Shown here piece after piece: positions 50,082-58,736 of a stretch of DNA of 64,000 nt. The notes beneath the pieces were generated by a model. That model saw only the letters and a program-made list of their open reading frames with translations, was not told the DNA's origin and made no database searches. This DNA is from a virus: the IMG/VR virus record IMGVR_UViG_3300045988_170943, positions 288,001-352,000 of that record; one strand, 5' to 3'. Position numbers and translations under genes: made by a program. The first letter of the stretch is position 1. Each line of letters starts with the position of its first letter.

Positions 50082-51950
50082 GTGCAGTTCGTCATCGAGG
50101 ACTGGCCCTTCGGTCAACCCTTCCCTAAAGGTAACGCCCGCACCTCCAGTCGCGGATGGTGGGACAAAAACCTCGGCTTCCACGTCTACAGCGGAGCCAC
50201 CCTACCCAAAGAACTACGCCCATACCGCAGCAAAGACTTCTCACTCGCCCGCTGGTGCGAAGACGAGATAAACGGCACAGTCATACCCACCACCCCCTCC
50301 AGCACCAGGTACGAGCCCAGACCCCACCAGGTCGAAGGAGCCCAACAGATCATCCACGCCTATGGGAACGGCGAACGCGGCTTCCTGGAGGCTGACGGTA
50401 CCGGACTAGGTAAAACCCTCACCATCCTGTCCGCAGTCACCCAGATCGCCGAAGAGAACACGTATGGCGCCCGCCCAGAAGAAAAGGCCCGCGTCCTCAT
50501 CGTCTGCCCCAAATCCGTCATCCCACACTGGCGGCAAACCATCCGCTCATACCCCCCAGCACTCACCTACACCAGGCCACTCATCATCAACTACCAGCGG
50601 CTCAACAAGATCCTCAAAGAGCCAGACACACAAACCTACCGGGCTACCGGAGGAACCAAGAAAAGCCGCATCAAAGCCAGCAAACCAGCCCGCCGCAGCA
50701 CCAAGAGAACCAACCGCACTCTCGCCAGGTACGGGGAACCAAAAACAGACTGGGACATCATCATCTTCGATGAGGCTCACGCACTCAAAAACTACCCAGA
50801 CTCCAACACGTCCCTAGCCGCAGTCTCAGTAGCCAGACTCAACCAAGCATACGCTCCCAAACAAGACGGCTACCACGCCCGCACACCGTTCGTCATCTTC
50901 TCCACCGCCACCCCAGGCGCATCCCCGCTGAACCTGGCTGCCATGGCCGGGATCATCGCCCCCCGCATCAACAAGACCTCCACCAGAGTCACACCCTCCA
51001 GGTGGGGCCAGTTCCTCCATGACCAAGGCTTCCATGTCACCAAGACCAAGAAAGGTCAGTGGCAGTGGGTCACAGCACCATGGTGGGGGAAAGACTCAAC
51101 CGACCCCACCGAGAAGAGCCGGTACCAGCGAGGAGTCAAAGACGCACGCCAGAAACAACGCCGAGACAGTCTCCGTGTTGGTAAGGCCCTCACTTCTCCA
51201 GGATCACCATTCCTCAGAAGAAACCCCAAAGACATTGCTGGCTGGCCGGAACAGCAAATCATCCCCTTCCCCATCAGCATGGACCCCACCCAGCAGAAAA
51301 TCTACGAGACCTTATGGAGCAGGTTTCGTCAGTTCCTCAACCTTACCCCAGCCCACAAAGACCCCAAAGCTGCACTCACCGAACGACTCCGATACCGGCA
51401 AAAAACCTCCCTGCTCAAAGTTGACAACATGGTCCCCTTCATCGCCGACCAGGTAAATGCGGGCAACCAGGTCCTCATCGCCTGTGAGTTCACCGAAACT
51501 ATCGACAGGTACCATGCCGCCCTCCAATCCCTGAAGATCACCAGCACCGAGATCAGCGGTCGAGTCCTAGGGGAAGAACGCGAACACAACCGCCTCAACT
51601 TCCAGACAGGGCGGGCCCAAGTCGTCATGTGCACCATCCCAGAAGGCATCTCACTTCACGCGGGCGAAATCCTACCCGACGGAACCAAAGCCACCACGAA
51701 CCCACGCATCACAATCCTGCATGAGGTCCGCGAGAACAACGTCCAAAACAACCAGATCCTAGGCAGAGCACACCGAGACGGACAAAACTCCCTCACCTAT
51801 GTGCCCTACCTCGAAGACACCGTGGACACCCAGGTCATCGCCTCATACGTCAACAAGACAGCCAACATGAACACCATGACCGGTGAAGAAGACGCAGACC
51901 AGTACGAGCGGATCTTCCGGCAAGCAGCAGCCACCAGCAGACACCCATAA
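50082..51950 (+). CDS. SNF2/RAD54-family helicase
   Basis: LEADGTGLGKTLT (motif I), IIFDEAHALKN (motif II), C-terminal helicase domain; GTG start. Confidence 0.8.
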   Translation: MQFVIEDWPFGQPFPKGNARTSSRGWWDKNLGFHVYSGATLPKELRPYRSKDFSLARWCEDEINGTVIPTTPSSTRYEPRPHQVEGAQQIIHAYGNGERGFLEADGTGLGKTLTILSAVTQIAEENTYGARPEEKARVLIVCPKSVIPHWRQTIRSYPPALTYTRPLIINYQRLNKILKEPDTQTYRATGGTKKSRIKASKPARRSTKRTNRTLARYGEPKTDWDIIIFDEAHALKNYPDSNTSLAAVSVARLNQAYAPKQDGYHARTPFVIFSTATPGASPLNLAAMAGIIAPRINKTSTRVTPSRWGQFLHDQGFHVTKTKKGQWQWVTAPWWGKDSTDPTEKSRYQRGVKDARQKQRRDSLRVGKALTSPGSPFLRRNPKDIAGWPEQQIIPFPISMDPTQQKIYETLWSRFRQFLNLTPAHKDPKAALTERLRYRQKTSLLKVDNMVPFIADQVNAGNQVLIACEFTETIDRYHAALQSLKITSTEISGRVLGEEREHNRLNFQTGRAQVVMCTIPEGISLHAGEILPDGTKATTNPRITILHEVRENNVQNNQILGRAHRDGQNSLTYVPYLEDTVDTQVIASYVNKTANMNTMTGEEDADQYERIFRQAAATSRHP

Positions 51951-52173
51951 AGACCAGGCGACACAACCTACCGCAAGTGCGAGCACATGTGACAAGCGCT
52001 CCGAATCTAAACCAGCCCCACTCACCCGCACGCTTACTCAGTGGAAGCGAATCAGTGTAGGCGTCAGGTCGCGCACCGTCCGCCACGCACTGAGTAGAAA
52101 CATGCCCGCAGCCCACATGGCGGGGATCCCTCCCCCACCCCCAATAATGTGACTTAGATCACAGCGGGAGGGG

Positions 52174-52203
52174 TTGACAGTATCACCCACCACCATGGTA
52201 GAG
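52174..52203 (+). promoter_or_regulatory. sigma70-like promoter candidate
   Basis: ttgaca - 19 nt - tagagt. Confidence 0.25.
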
Positions 52204-52291
52204 TATGGGCACAACAACATCGGGGGTTGCGGACACCACCTCAAACCCAGGGAAACCAGGGAGTGAGACAGGAGCTACAACCGGTAAGGGT

Positions 52292-52320
52292 TGACAAGCC
52301 CGAACCAACCTGATATTGTT
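52292..52320 (+). promoter_or_regulatory. sigma70-like promoter candidate
   Basis: ttgaca - 17 nt - tattgt. Confidence 0.35.
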
Positions 52321-53298
52321 GCTCCAACAACACCGACACGAGCAACAGAAGGAGGTCGGTCACATGTTGAGTAATCAGATTCAGCACAAACAATCAAATA
52401 CCGCCCTCTGGCTCACACGCCATGAGCGACCATATAGTATGGTGGCCGTGACGTGGGGAGAAAACCCCGGTCGGTTTGATAAGTCCTCGCACTGAGGCAG
52501 ACAATCTGACAGGTTAGGCTCCCGAGACACCGGTAGAGCAAAGAACAAGTGACGCGGTTCACAGAAACCAGCACTTGACAACAGAAAACCTGAATACTTA
52601 GGATTGTGACTGAGGCCGACAAAACTGTGACGGCCAAGGACCCCAAAAGGCCCAAGAAGGTCAGAGCACCTACACGATGACCCGCCGAGATGGTGGCGAG
52701 GTAGGGAACGGACTGGAGTAAGCCAAACGGGGACACTGAAACCAATCAGTTAAACCGCCTCAAAACAATCCTCCTGGAACCACAACAACCCCCAGGCAAC
52801 AACTAACCCACCTCGCAAGGGGCAGGTGAAGTCAAGCCCAAGGGAATATAGTGAGAACAGGCCCAAACTGAATAAGAGGACCACCCCGATCACAGGGTGG
52901 AGGAAGACTCAACAGGCGCACCCCACACTGGCAAAGGTGCGGGAACAAAACGCCTGGGATTGCCCCAATCGGGAGGGCTCGTAGATAGGAAAATCCCGTG
53001 TCTGATGGCGACGTCAGTCCGCCCCAGCAGCAAGCCAAAACTACTGGGGCAACGTGCGAAGGACTGACAAGAACTTGAAAGTATTGTCGTGATGACAAGA
53101 CCAGATAACTAGCCATTGGGCGCCGCTCATGCGGATATAAGAAACAATAACCCTCACTGGGAAGGCGACAACTGGTTATGTCCAGGAAAGACCAGGACCA
53201 GATCCGTCCCCCATGACCCAGTGAGGCGAGTGTGGAGGATTGGAGGCAGCGGACACCTCCACACAGCACAACAACTCCCTAAAACACGGGAGTAACTT

Positions 53299-53371
53299 CG
53301 GCGTGTAGCGCAGTTTGGTAGCGCACCTGTTTCGGGAACAGGGGCCACAGGTTCAAATCCTGTTACGCCGA
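53299..53371 (+). tRNA. tRNA-Pro (CGG)
   Basis: manual cloverleaf: acceptor cggcgtg/tacgccg, anticodon loop ttCGGga, T-loop ttcaaat. Confidence 0.7.
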
Positions 53372-53425
53372 CGACGAGAACACTAAAAGGCGTCAACAAG
53401 CATGACAACAAGTGCTCTCACAAAT

Positions 53426-53510
53426 GTCACGGTAAAGCGTAACTGGTAGCGCGCCGGTCTGTAAAACCGGTCTGAAAGGTCTGTGGGTTCAAGTCCCACC
53501 CGTGGCACCA
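53426..53510 (+). tRNA. tRNA-Tyr (GTA), type II, CCA encoded
   Basis: anticodon loop ctGTAaa, long variable arm, T-loop ttcaagt, 3' CCA. Confidence 0.7.
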
Positions 53511-53511
53511 T

Positions 53512-53595
53512 TCTCCTGTAGTTTAATGGCAAAACAGGTGACTGTTAATCACTCATTTCAGGTTCGAATCCTGGCGGGAGAGCCAATTACGAAAC
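53512..53595 (+). tRNA. tRNA-Asn (GTT), CCA encoded
   Basis: anticodon loop ctGTTaa; acceptor tctcctg/cgggaga; 3' gCCA. Confidence 0.65.
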
Positions 53596-53649
53596 ACAAG
53601 TTGCGGCACAACCTTCAACAAAATACAGGAACACGTGCCTACAACAAAT

Positions 53650-53732
53650 GCTCTTGTGGCGAAATGGTATACGCAGCAGACTTAAAATCTGTCTCCCTTG
53701 CGGGATTAAGGGTTCGAGTCCCTTCAGGAGCA
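53650..53732 (+). tRNA. tRNA-Leu (TAA), type II
   Basis: anticodon loop ctTAAaa, long variable arm, T-loop ttcgagt. Confidence 0.7.
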
Positions 53733-53733
53733 C

Positions 53734-53819
53734 GGTGTATGTGGTGGAATAGGTATACACACCAGGTTGTGGCCCTGGGTCCATATGGACACATGCGGGT
53801 TCGATCCCCGTCATACACC
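53734..53819 (+). tRNA. tRNA-His (GTG)-like with 8-bp acceptor (G-1:C73) and an unusually long variable hairpin
   Basis: ggtgtatg/catacacc 8-bp acceptor; anticodon loop ttGTGgc; extra hairpin gtccatatggac between anticodon and T arms. Confidence 0.5.
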
Positions 53820-54099
53820 CGATGGAAGCAAGTCCGGGCAACTGCTTTCTGACACATGAAGAGACGCGAGTGAAAATCTCGCTGGTTCCTACAATGGAGC
53901 CATAGTTTGTGAATGCAGTGAATGTGTTTGCAACAAGGTGCGACCGCAATCGAGTACATGTGGCGTTGCAACCACACGTACTACTCCTCCGCAAGAGGAG
54001 ACATCCTGCACAACGACTGACAGTACCAAAACACTTCATGCATCAAAAATAGAGATGCCAGAATGGCTACTATAAAGCCTTCAAAGTTGCTTCCACCAC

Positions 54100-54173
54100 T
54101 GGCGTGTGGCGCAGTAGGTTAGCGCGGCACTCTGATAAAGTGCAGGTCGTGAGTTCAAATCTCACCACGCCAA
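54100..54173 (+). tRNA. tRNA-Ile (GAT)
   Basis: anticodon loop ctGATaa, acceptor tggcgtg/cacgcca. Confidence 0.75.
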
Positions 54174-54174
54174 C

Positions 54175-54258
54175 GGAGAAAATGGTAAAATTGGCTATCC
54201 AACCACCTCGAAAGTGGTGCCTGTAACAGGGCTGGGGGTTCGATTCCCTCTTTCTCCG
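54175..54258 (+). tRNA. tRNA-Ser (CGA), type II
   Basis: anticodon loop ctCGAaa, long variable arm gcctgtaacagggc. Confidence 0.65.
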
Positions 54259-54319
54259 CCGTGAATGAGTTGTCAGTAAGTGGCTTAATGACGTCATTTT
54301 GATAGGTACATTCATCAAT

Positions 54320-54410
54320 GCCCATGTAGTTCAATTGGACAGAACACTCCGCTACGGACGGAGAGGGAGCCGAAAGGCCATTGGGGGTTCAAGTCCCTCC
54401 ATGGGCACCA
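54320..54410 (+). tRNA. tRNA-Arg (ACG)-like with long variable hairpin, CCA encoded
   Basis: anticodon loop ctACGga; extra hairpin gccgaaaggc in variable region; acceptor gcccatg/catgggc; 3' aCCA. Confidence 0.5.
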
Positions 54411-54417
54411 CAACAAT

Positions 54418-54490
54418 GCCACCATAGTGTAAAGGATCCGCACAGGACTCTCCGAAGGTCCCAGTTCAGGTTCGACTCCTGATGGTGGCA
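54418..54490 (+). tRNA. tRNA-Arg (CCG)
   Basis: anticodon loop ctCCGaa; acceptor gccacca/tggtggc. Confidence 0.55.
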
Positions 54491-54508
54491 CGAACTAGAC
54501 ACAATCTA

Positions 54509-54579
54509 CGTGGATTGGCCGAGAGGATAGGCGAGGGTCTGCAAAACCCTAGACACCAGTTCGAATCTGGTATCCACGT
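54509..54579 (+). tRNA. tRNA-Cys (GCA)
   Basis: anticodon loop ctGCAaa; acceptor cgtggat/atccacg. Confidence 0.6.
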
Positions 54580-54580
54580 C

Positions 54581-54677
54581 TGCGGGGTAGAGGAGTTCGG
54601 AGTCCTCGCTGGGCTCATATCCCAGAGAATCTACAACAAACCTTGTAGTGTCGCGGGTTCAAATCCCGCCCCCGCCA
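54581..54677 (+). tRNA. initiator-like tRNA-Met (CAT) with ~26-nt variable-region hairpin insertion
   Basis: unpaired 1:72 (U·C), three G:C pairs closing anticodon loop ctCATat; extra hairpin ctacaa-caaacc-ttgtag before T-arm. Confidence 0.5.
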
Positions 54678-54971
54678 CGGGTCGATACCTTGCAAGAGGC
54701 GTTGACTAGGCTACTCTAATCCTACTATAAGAGTAGCAAAGCAATCGGTGAAACAGGCAAGTGGACCGCAGAACTTCTAGGGCGTCTAGAGAGTAATCTC
54801 TAGATACAGGTGATTTGTAGTTACTTGTCGTTATTCCCAATTGTGTAAGACCCTAGCGCTCTTTTTAAAATCCTTTGCGGTTTTTAAAAATATGTGAGTA
54901 ACCACCTGTACGACTTCTTCATAAGTGCAGAAGCCTATGCTGATGTAGGGTACATGTGGCAGGTGGACAAT

Positions 54972-55044
54972 GGTCATGTAACTCAGATGGTAGAGTACCT
55001 GAACGACACTCAGGAGGCCACAGGTTCAAGTCCTGTCATGACCA
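54972..55044 (+). tRNA. tRNA-Val (GAC)
   Basis: anticodon loop acGACac; acceptor ggtcatg/catgacc. Confidence 0.6.
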
Positions 55045-55129
55045 CGGAAAGTAAGCGAATGGTTAGCGGCCGCTTTGGAACAGTGGTGCCTCGTTAAGGG
55101 GTTGTGGGTTCGAGTCCCGTGCTTTCCGC
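55045..55129 (+). tRNA. tRNA-Ser (GGA), type II
   Basis: anticodon loop ttGGAac; long variable arm. Confidence 0.6.
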
Positions 55130-55306
55130 TACAACAGCACCATAAATCCTACACTATCCTGTGACCCAACACACGCAGAAACACAGTTGACACACTACAA
55201 ACCCACATGGTATGCTAGTGTCATCAAGCAAGGGAGTTGACAACCATGACACCCTCATGGTAAACTTCCTTCAAGCGTTGTTTGAGAACTAGATAGTGGT
55301 AGCATT

Positions 55307-55379
55307 GCCGACTTGGCTCAGTTGGAAGAGCGTCCGGTTGAAGCCCGGAAGGTCAAAGGTTCGATCCCTTTAGTCGGCA
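55307..55379 (+). tRNA. tRNA-Phe (GAA)
   Basis: anticodon loop ttGAAgc; acceptor gccgact/agtcggc. Confidence 0.7.
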
Positions 55380-56301
55380 CGACAGGCATGGCTGATAAAC
55401 CTAGGCGACTAGGCCAAAGGCTATCCCAACGGATGAGGGAAGCCACCCAACCTCCAGGAGGTAGGGCACCCCATGCAATATGCCGGGTTCTAAAGCGTGT
55501 GCCAGCAGATGGCGCACGAACCCCTAAGTGAGGCTCAGGCCCAATGGTAAATACTGAGGGCACGACCAAATCAGTCTCAATGAGCCAGTAACTCACGACA
55601 AGGTTAACCCGACATAAGGGAGAAACAAGTCCGAGACACGCAAAATCAAGGGCGGTCTCCCACCTGGAAACAAGGAAGACCTGATAAGTCTCCCACGTCG
55701 CCAGGAATGGAGCGGGTAGCGCCAATCCTAGAGAATGTGAGGACTTTCGTGGGCCAAAATCCCATGAACCTCTAGGGAAGCACATTCTCACAATCCTCAC
55801 AATAACAACGCAAAAGACTTCCCTGATTACTGGATGAAAATGTCCTAAACCTGACGGCCGTATGGTCAAGTCAGGCTGAGATGAGACCGCAAGTCTCACC
55901 CCAGTTGGGTAGACGGAAGTGCAACCCAGCAGGTCGCGTCTGCTGCGTGAAACATCCCACCCGAGTAGCCCAGTAATCTACAGAGTGATTCACTCAAAGA
56001 ATCGGGCATGACGTTCTAACACGGTACGCCTGGAAACAGGGTGCCATGTGGACAAGCAGGCAACACGGTAAACGTGGTAATCCTGACGAAAGGAACGTCG
56101 GAACAAGGTATAGTCTCAGCCTCATCACCTCAACTTACTTATGTGCCCCACAGAGTCTAGGGTTTCTGTGGTGGACCACCCACATGGAGTGGTTTCAGAC
56201 AACCAGCGGCACGACGAATCCAGTGGATAAACTGCCCATTAATACTATGGATTTTATCCTAAGGAGTAGTCATACCCTCAGCCATGTTCAAAACAACAAA
56301 T

Positions 56302-56376
56302 GGCCCTATGGTCCAGCCAGGTTAGGACGCCTCCCTGTCAAGGAGGAGATCGCCGGTTCAAATCCGGTTAGGGTCG
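56302..56376 (+). tRNA. tRNA-Asp (GTC)
   Basis: anticodon loop ctGTCaa; acceptor ggcccta/tagggtc. Confidence 0.7.
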
Positions 56377-56413
56377 CTATCCCAGGTGGTGCGCAACAAG
56401 CCTGGGAACAAAT

Positions 56414-56486
56414 TGGCCTATAACTCAATTGGCAGAGTGATCCGCTGTTAACGGATTGGTTGAAAGTTCGAGTCTTTCTAGGCCAG
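56414..56486 (+). tRNA. tRNA-Asn (GTT), second copy
   Basis: anticodon loop ctGTTaa; acceptor tggccta/taggcca. Confidence 0.6.
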
Positions 56487-56640
56487 CGCAAAGGTCACCC
56501 GGTTTGAGAGACCGTACTAGCAAAGCACAGTCAAAATAGGTTGGTGATCGCCTGACTCGTGTGCTGCCTGTCCTGAGTGTGCTCTCAACATGCTCGCAGT
56601 TACTTTATGGCCTGGCCTTGAGGATACGACCAGGTTACTT

Positions 56641-56732
56641 GGAGGGTTCGCATAGCCAGGTTTATTGCGCTCCCCTGCTAAGGGAGTAGGGCCTAAAAAC
56701 CCTCATGGGTTCAAATCCCATACCCTCCGCCA
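56641..56732 (+). tRNA. tRNA-Ser (GCT), type II, CCA encoded
   Basis: anticodon loop ctGCTaa; long variable arm; 3' gCCA. Confidence 0.7.
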
Positions 56733-56759
56733 TCACACATACAGCAAACATGTGTGAAT

Positions 56760-56834
56760 GCCCTGTTGGTCTAGTCTGGTTAGGATGCCTCCCTCTCAAG
56801 GAGGAGATCGCCGGTTCAAATCCGGTACAGGGTA
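56760..56834 (+). tRNA. tRNA-Glu (CTC)
   Basis: anticodon loop ctCTCaa; body nearly identical to tRNA-Asp at 56302. Confidence 0.6.
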
Positions 56835-57319
56835 CGCAGAAGAGGACTCCACACACGGTGCTCAACTAGCCGGGAGCCTGCACAGGTGCCCTCTGCCACC
56901 AAAATCACCTTTCTGTGAGGTCAGGGAGTAGTTACCCTGGGGCAGAAGGAAAGAATGGTGACAAGGTTTCATATCCTGTCCTCCACCTCCACAGCAGATT
57001 CTCTCAAGGGTACCTAATTTGGGAGAATTGAATCCTCCGGGACGTGTGACTGGGACGTGAGACCTCATGAATGTTCTAGACAGGAGGTCGTCTGGTGCCA
57101 TGGTGGTATGCGCATTAAAGATGGTTCGAATCCATCCACCAGATCTATTTCAAAACCTACCCGAAAGAAACCCTGGCGGCTTTGTGTACAGTGCCGCGCT
57201 ACCCAGGGCGTGCTTTTTCAGAGAAGAGTTCTGTACCACCTTTATTCATAAAAGAATAAAAGGTCGGCGAGACATTTTCTGAAAATGCTAGGGCAGGCTC
57301 GAAAACTGTACACATTAAC

Positions 57320-57410
57320 GCCCCTATAGCTCAGTTGGTAGAGCAGCGGACTTTTAATCCGATGGCAGGTCAATAACGACCGATCGTGGGTTCGAGCCCC
57401 ACTGGGGGCA
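57320..57410 (+). tRNA. tRNA-Lys (TTT) with ~23-nt variable-region hairpin insertion
   Basis: anticodon loop ctTTTaa; extra hairpin ggtc-aataac-gacc before T-arm; acceptor gccccta/tgggggc. Confidence 0.5.
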
Positions 57411-57441
57411 CTATTTCAAGTGATTCGTTATAATGTGAATT

Positions 57442-58155
57442 ATGAACGAAGATTTGAAAGTATGTGGCATCTACGGCATTTTTGACACACTTACAGGAGA
57501 ATGCCTCTATGTAGGCCAGTCAAAGAACATTTATGAGCGCCGCCAATCTCATTTCAAGCGTCTTCGTGGAGAAAGACACCTTAAACCATTTACAGAATGG
57601 TTTGTCAGTATTGGAAAAGATGAGTCCAGACTGGATCTCAGGGTTCTTTGTAGATGTTTCGATAATGACGACATCAAGAACGAACTTGAAATCTTCTGGT
57701 TCAATGAACTTCACCCAAGATTCTACGGTGCTGTTCCGTCTGTCAACAACAGGTGGTCTCATTCAGAAGAGACTAGGAAGAAGATTGCTAGGAGGACATG
57801 TGAGTCTGAGCGACTTGGAAAGCATTATACATGTGCAGTGTACTATTACACATGTAAAATGTGTGACAAGTTTTTCGCCTCTTCAAGAAGGAAATCTAAA
57901 AAGCATATCTTCTGTTCAAAGCCATGCTCCCGCGCTTATGAAAAATCTCTGAAAATGGACACCCTTGATTACAACAGAGTTAAAAACTTGTATGAGTCTG
58001 GTGTTACTCAAGTGAAGATCGCTAAGGTGTTTGGTGTGTCGAATGCCACTGTCTCCAAGTTCATGAGAGACAATGGCATTTCTACAGGATACAAGCGTCA
58101 TGATCCTGGGCTGAAGAGGAAGTCTAGGAAGACAAGCAATGCGGATGTGGTGTAA
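57442..58155 (+). CDS. GIY-YIG homing endonuclease
   Basis: GIYGIF...CLYVGQSKNIYERRQSH (GIY-YIG), C-terminal HTH; last codons overlap tRNA-Gly. Confidence 0.85.
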   Translation: MNEDLKVCGIYGIFDTLTGECLYVGQSKNIYERRQSHFKRLRGERHLKPFTEWFVSIGKDESRLDLRVLCRCFDNDDIKNELEIFWFNELHPRFYGAVPSVNNRWSHSEETRKKIARRTCESERLGKHYTCAVYYYTCKMCDKFFASSRRKSKKHIFCSKPCSRAYEKSLKMDTLDYNRVKNLYESGVTQVKIAKVFGVSNATVSKFMRDNGISTGYKRHDPGLKRKSRKTSNADVV

Positions 58156-58214
58156 CGGTAGCACAAGACCCTTCCAAGGTTTTAGAGCGAGTTCGAGTCT
58201 CGTCATCCGCTCCA
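58141..58214 (+). tRNA. tRNA-Gly (TCC), CCA encoded
   Basis: anticodon loop ctTCCaa; acceptor gcggatg/catccgc; 3' tCCA. Confidence 0.65.
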
Positions 58215-58407
58215 GTCACTTTTTTGGCAGTCAGGAATACATGTGACCTAACTCATGTTTCCTGAGGTTGACTCACTCCTTGCTGGTGTGTTAGGATTGA
58301 GTCATCAAGCGGGGCAGGGGCGTTCTTCATAAGTCCTGGCGGCCATTGAGTCCAGAAATGGGAGCAGTGGTTTTAGAAGATTGTCAACTACATAGTGACT
58401 AAACAAT

Positions 58408-58480
58408 CCGCCTATAACTTAACTGGTTAGAGTACTTGCCTCTTAAGCTTGGAGTCCTGGTTCGAGTCCAGGTGGGCGGA
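58408..58480 (+). tRNA. tRNA, possibly Lys (CTT), weak anticodon stem
   Basis: good acceptor, D and T arms; anticodon stem has two U·U mismatches around loop ctCTTaa. Confidence 0.4.
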
Positions 58481-58736
58481 CGATCACCATAGCACCAGGT
58501 TTTGACGTGGCCGGTGCTGCCTCATCTAGTTTAATGACAGAACGCCGCGTGCTCACACATGCACGGGGAAGACAGGTTTGATTCCTGATTGGGGTTGTCG
58601 TTTGTGATTCAGGTCATGTGGGATTAAGATATGTGTGCACCCCTTGACTTGCACGTCAGCACTCACTTTTTAACATGCACAACAAGGTAAGTTTACTTCC
58701 GTTGATATTCCAACGGAAGTTAGGAGTCTTGTTTAT

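Noticed and set aside
55380-56301. tmRNA (ssrA) hypothesis for the 0.9-kb ORF-free insert
   Set aside because: No tRNA-Ala-like 5'/3' acceptor pairing with a 3' T-arm plus CCA and no convincing tag-peptide reading frame ending in ...ALAA or ...AA-stop was found; a short VASAA-stop frame exists, but without the structural context
53502-56423. ORF-track proteins overlapping the tRNA array (53502-53852, 53587-54039, 54894-55097, 55318-55899, 56046-56423)
   Set aside because: They run through or antisense to well-formed tRNA genes, have no RBS and odd composition; these are artefacts of stop-codon-poor tRNA sequence
58490-58620. Possible additional tRNA between tRNA 58408 and the second GIY-YIG gene
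   Set aside because: A T-arm-like hairpin (cagg-tttgatt-cctg) and an anticodon-like hairpin (cgtgc-tcacaca-gcacg) are present, but no consistent acceptor stem could be paired; more likely a degraded tRNA
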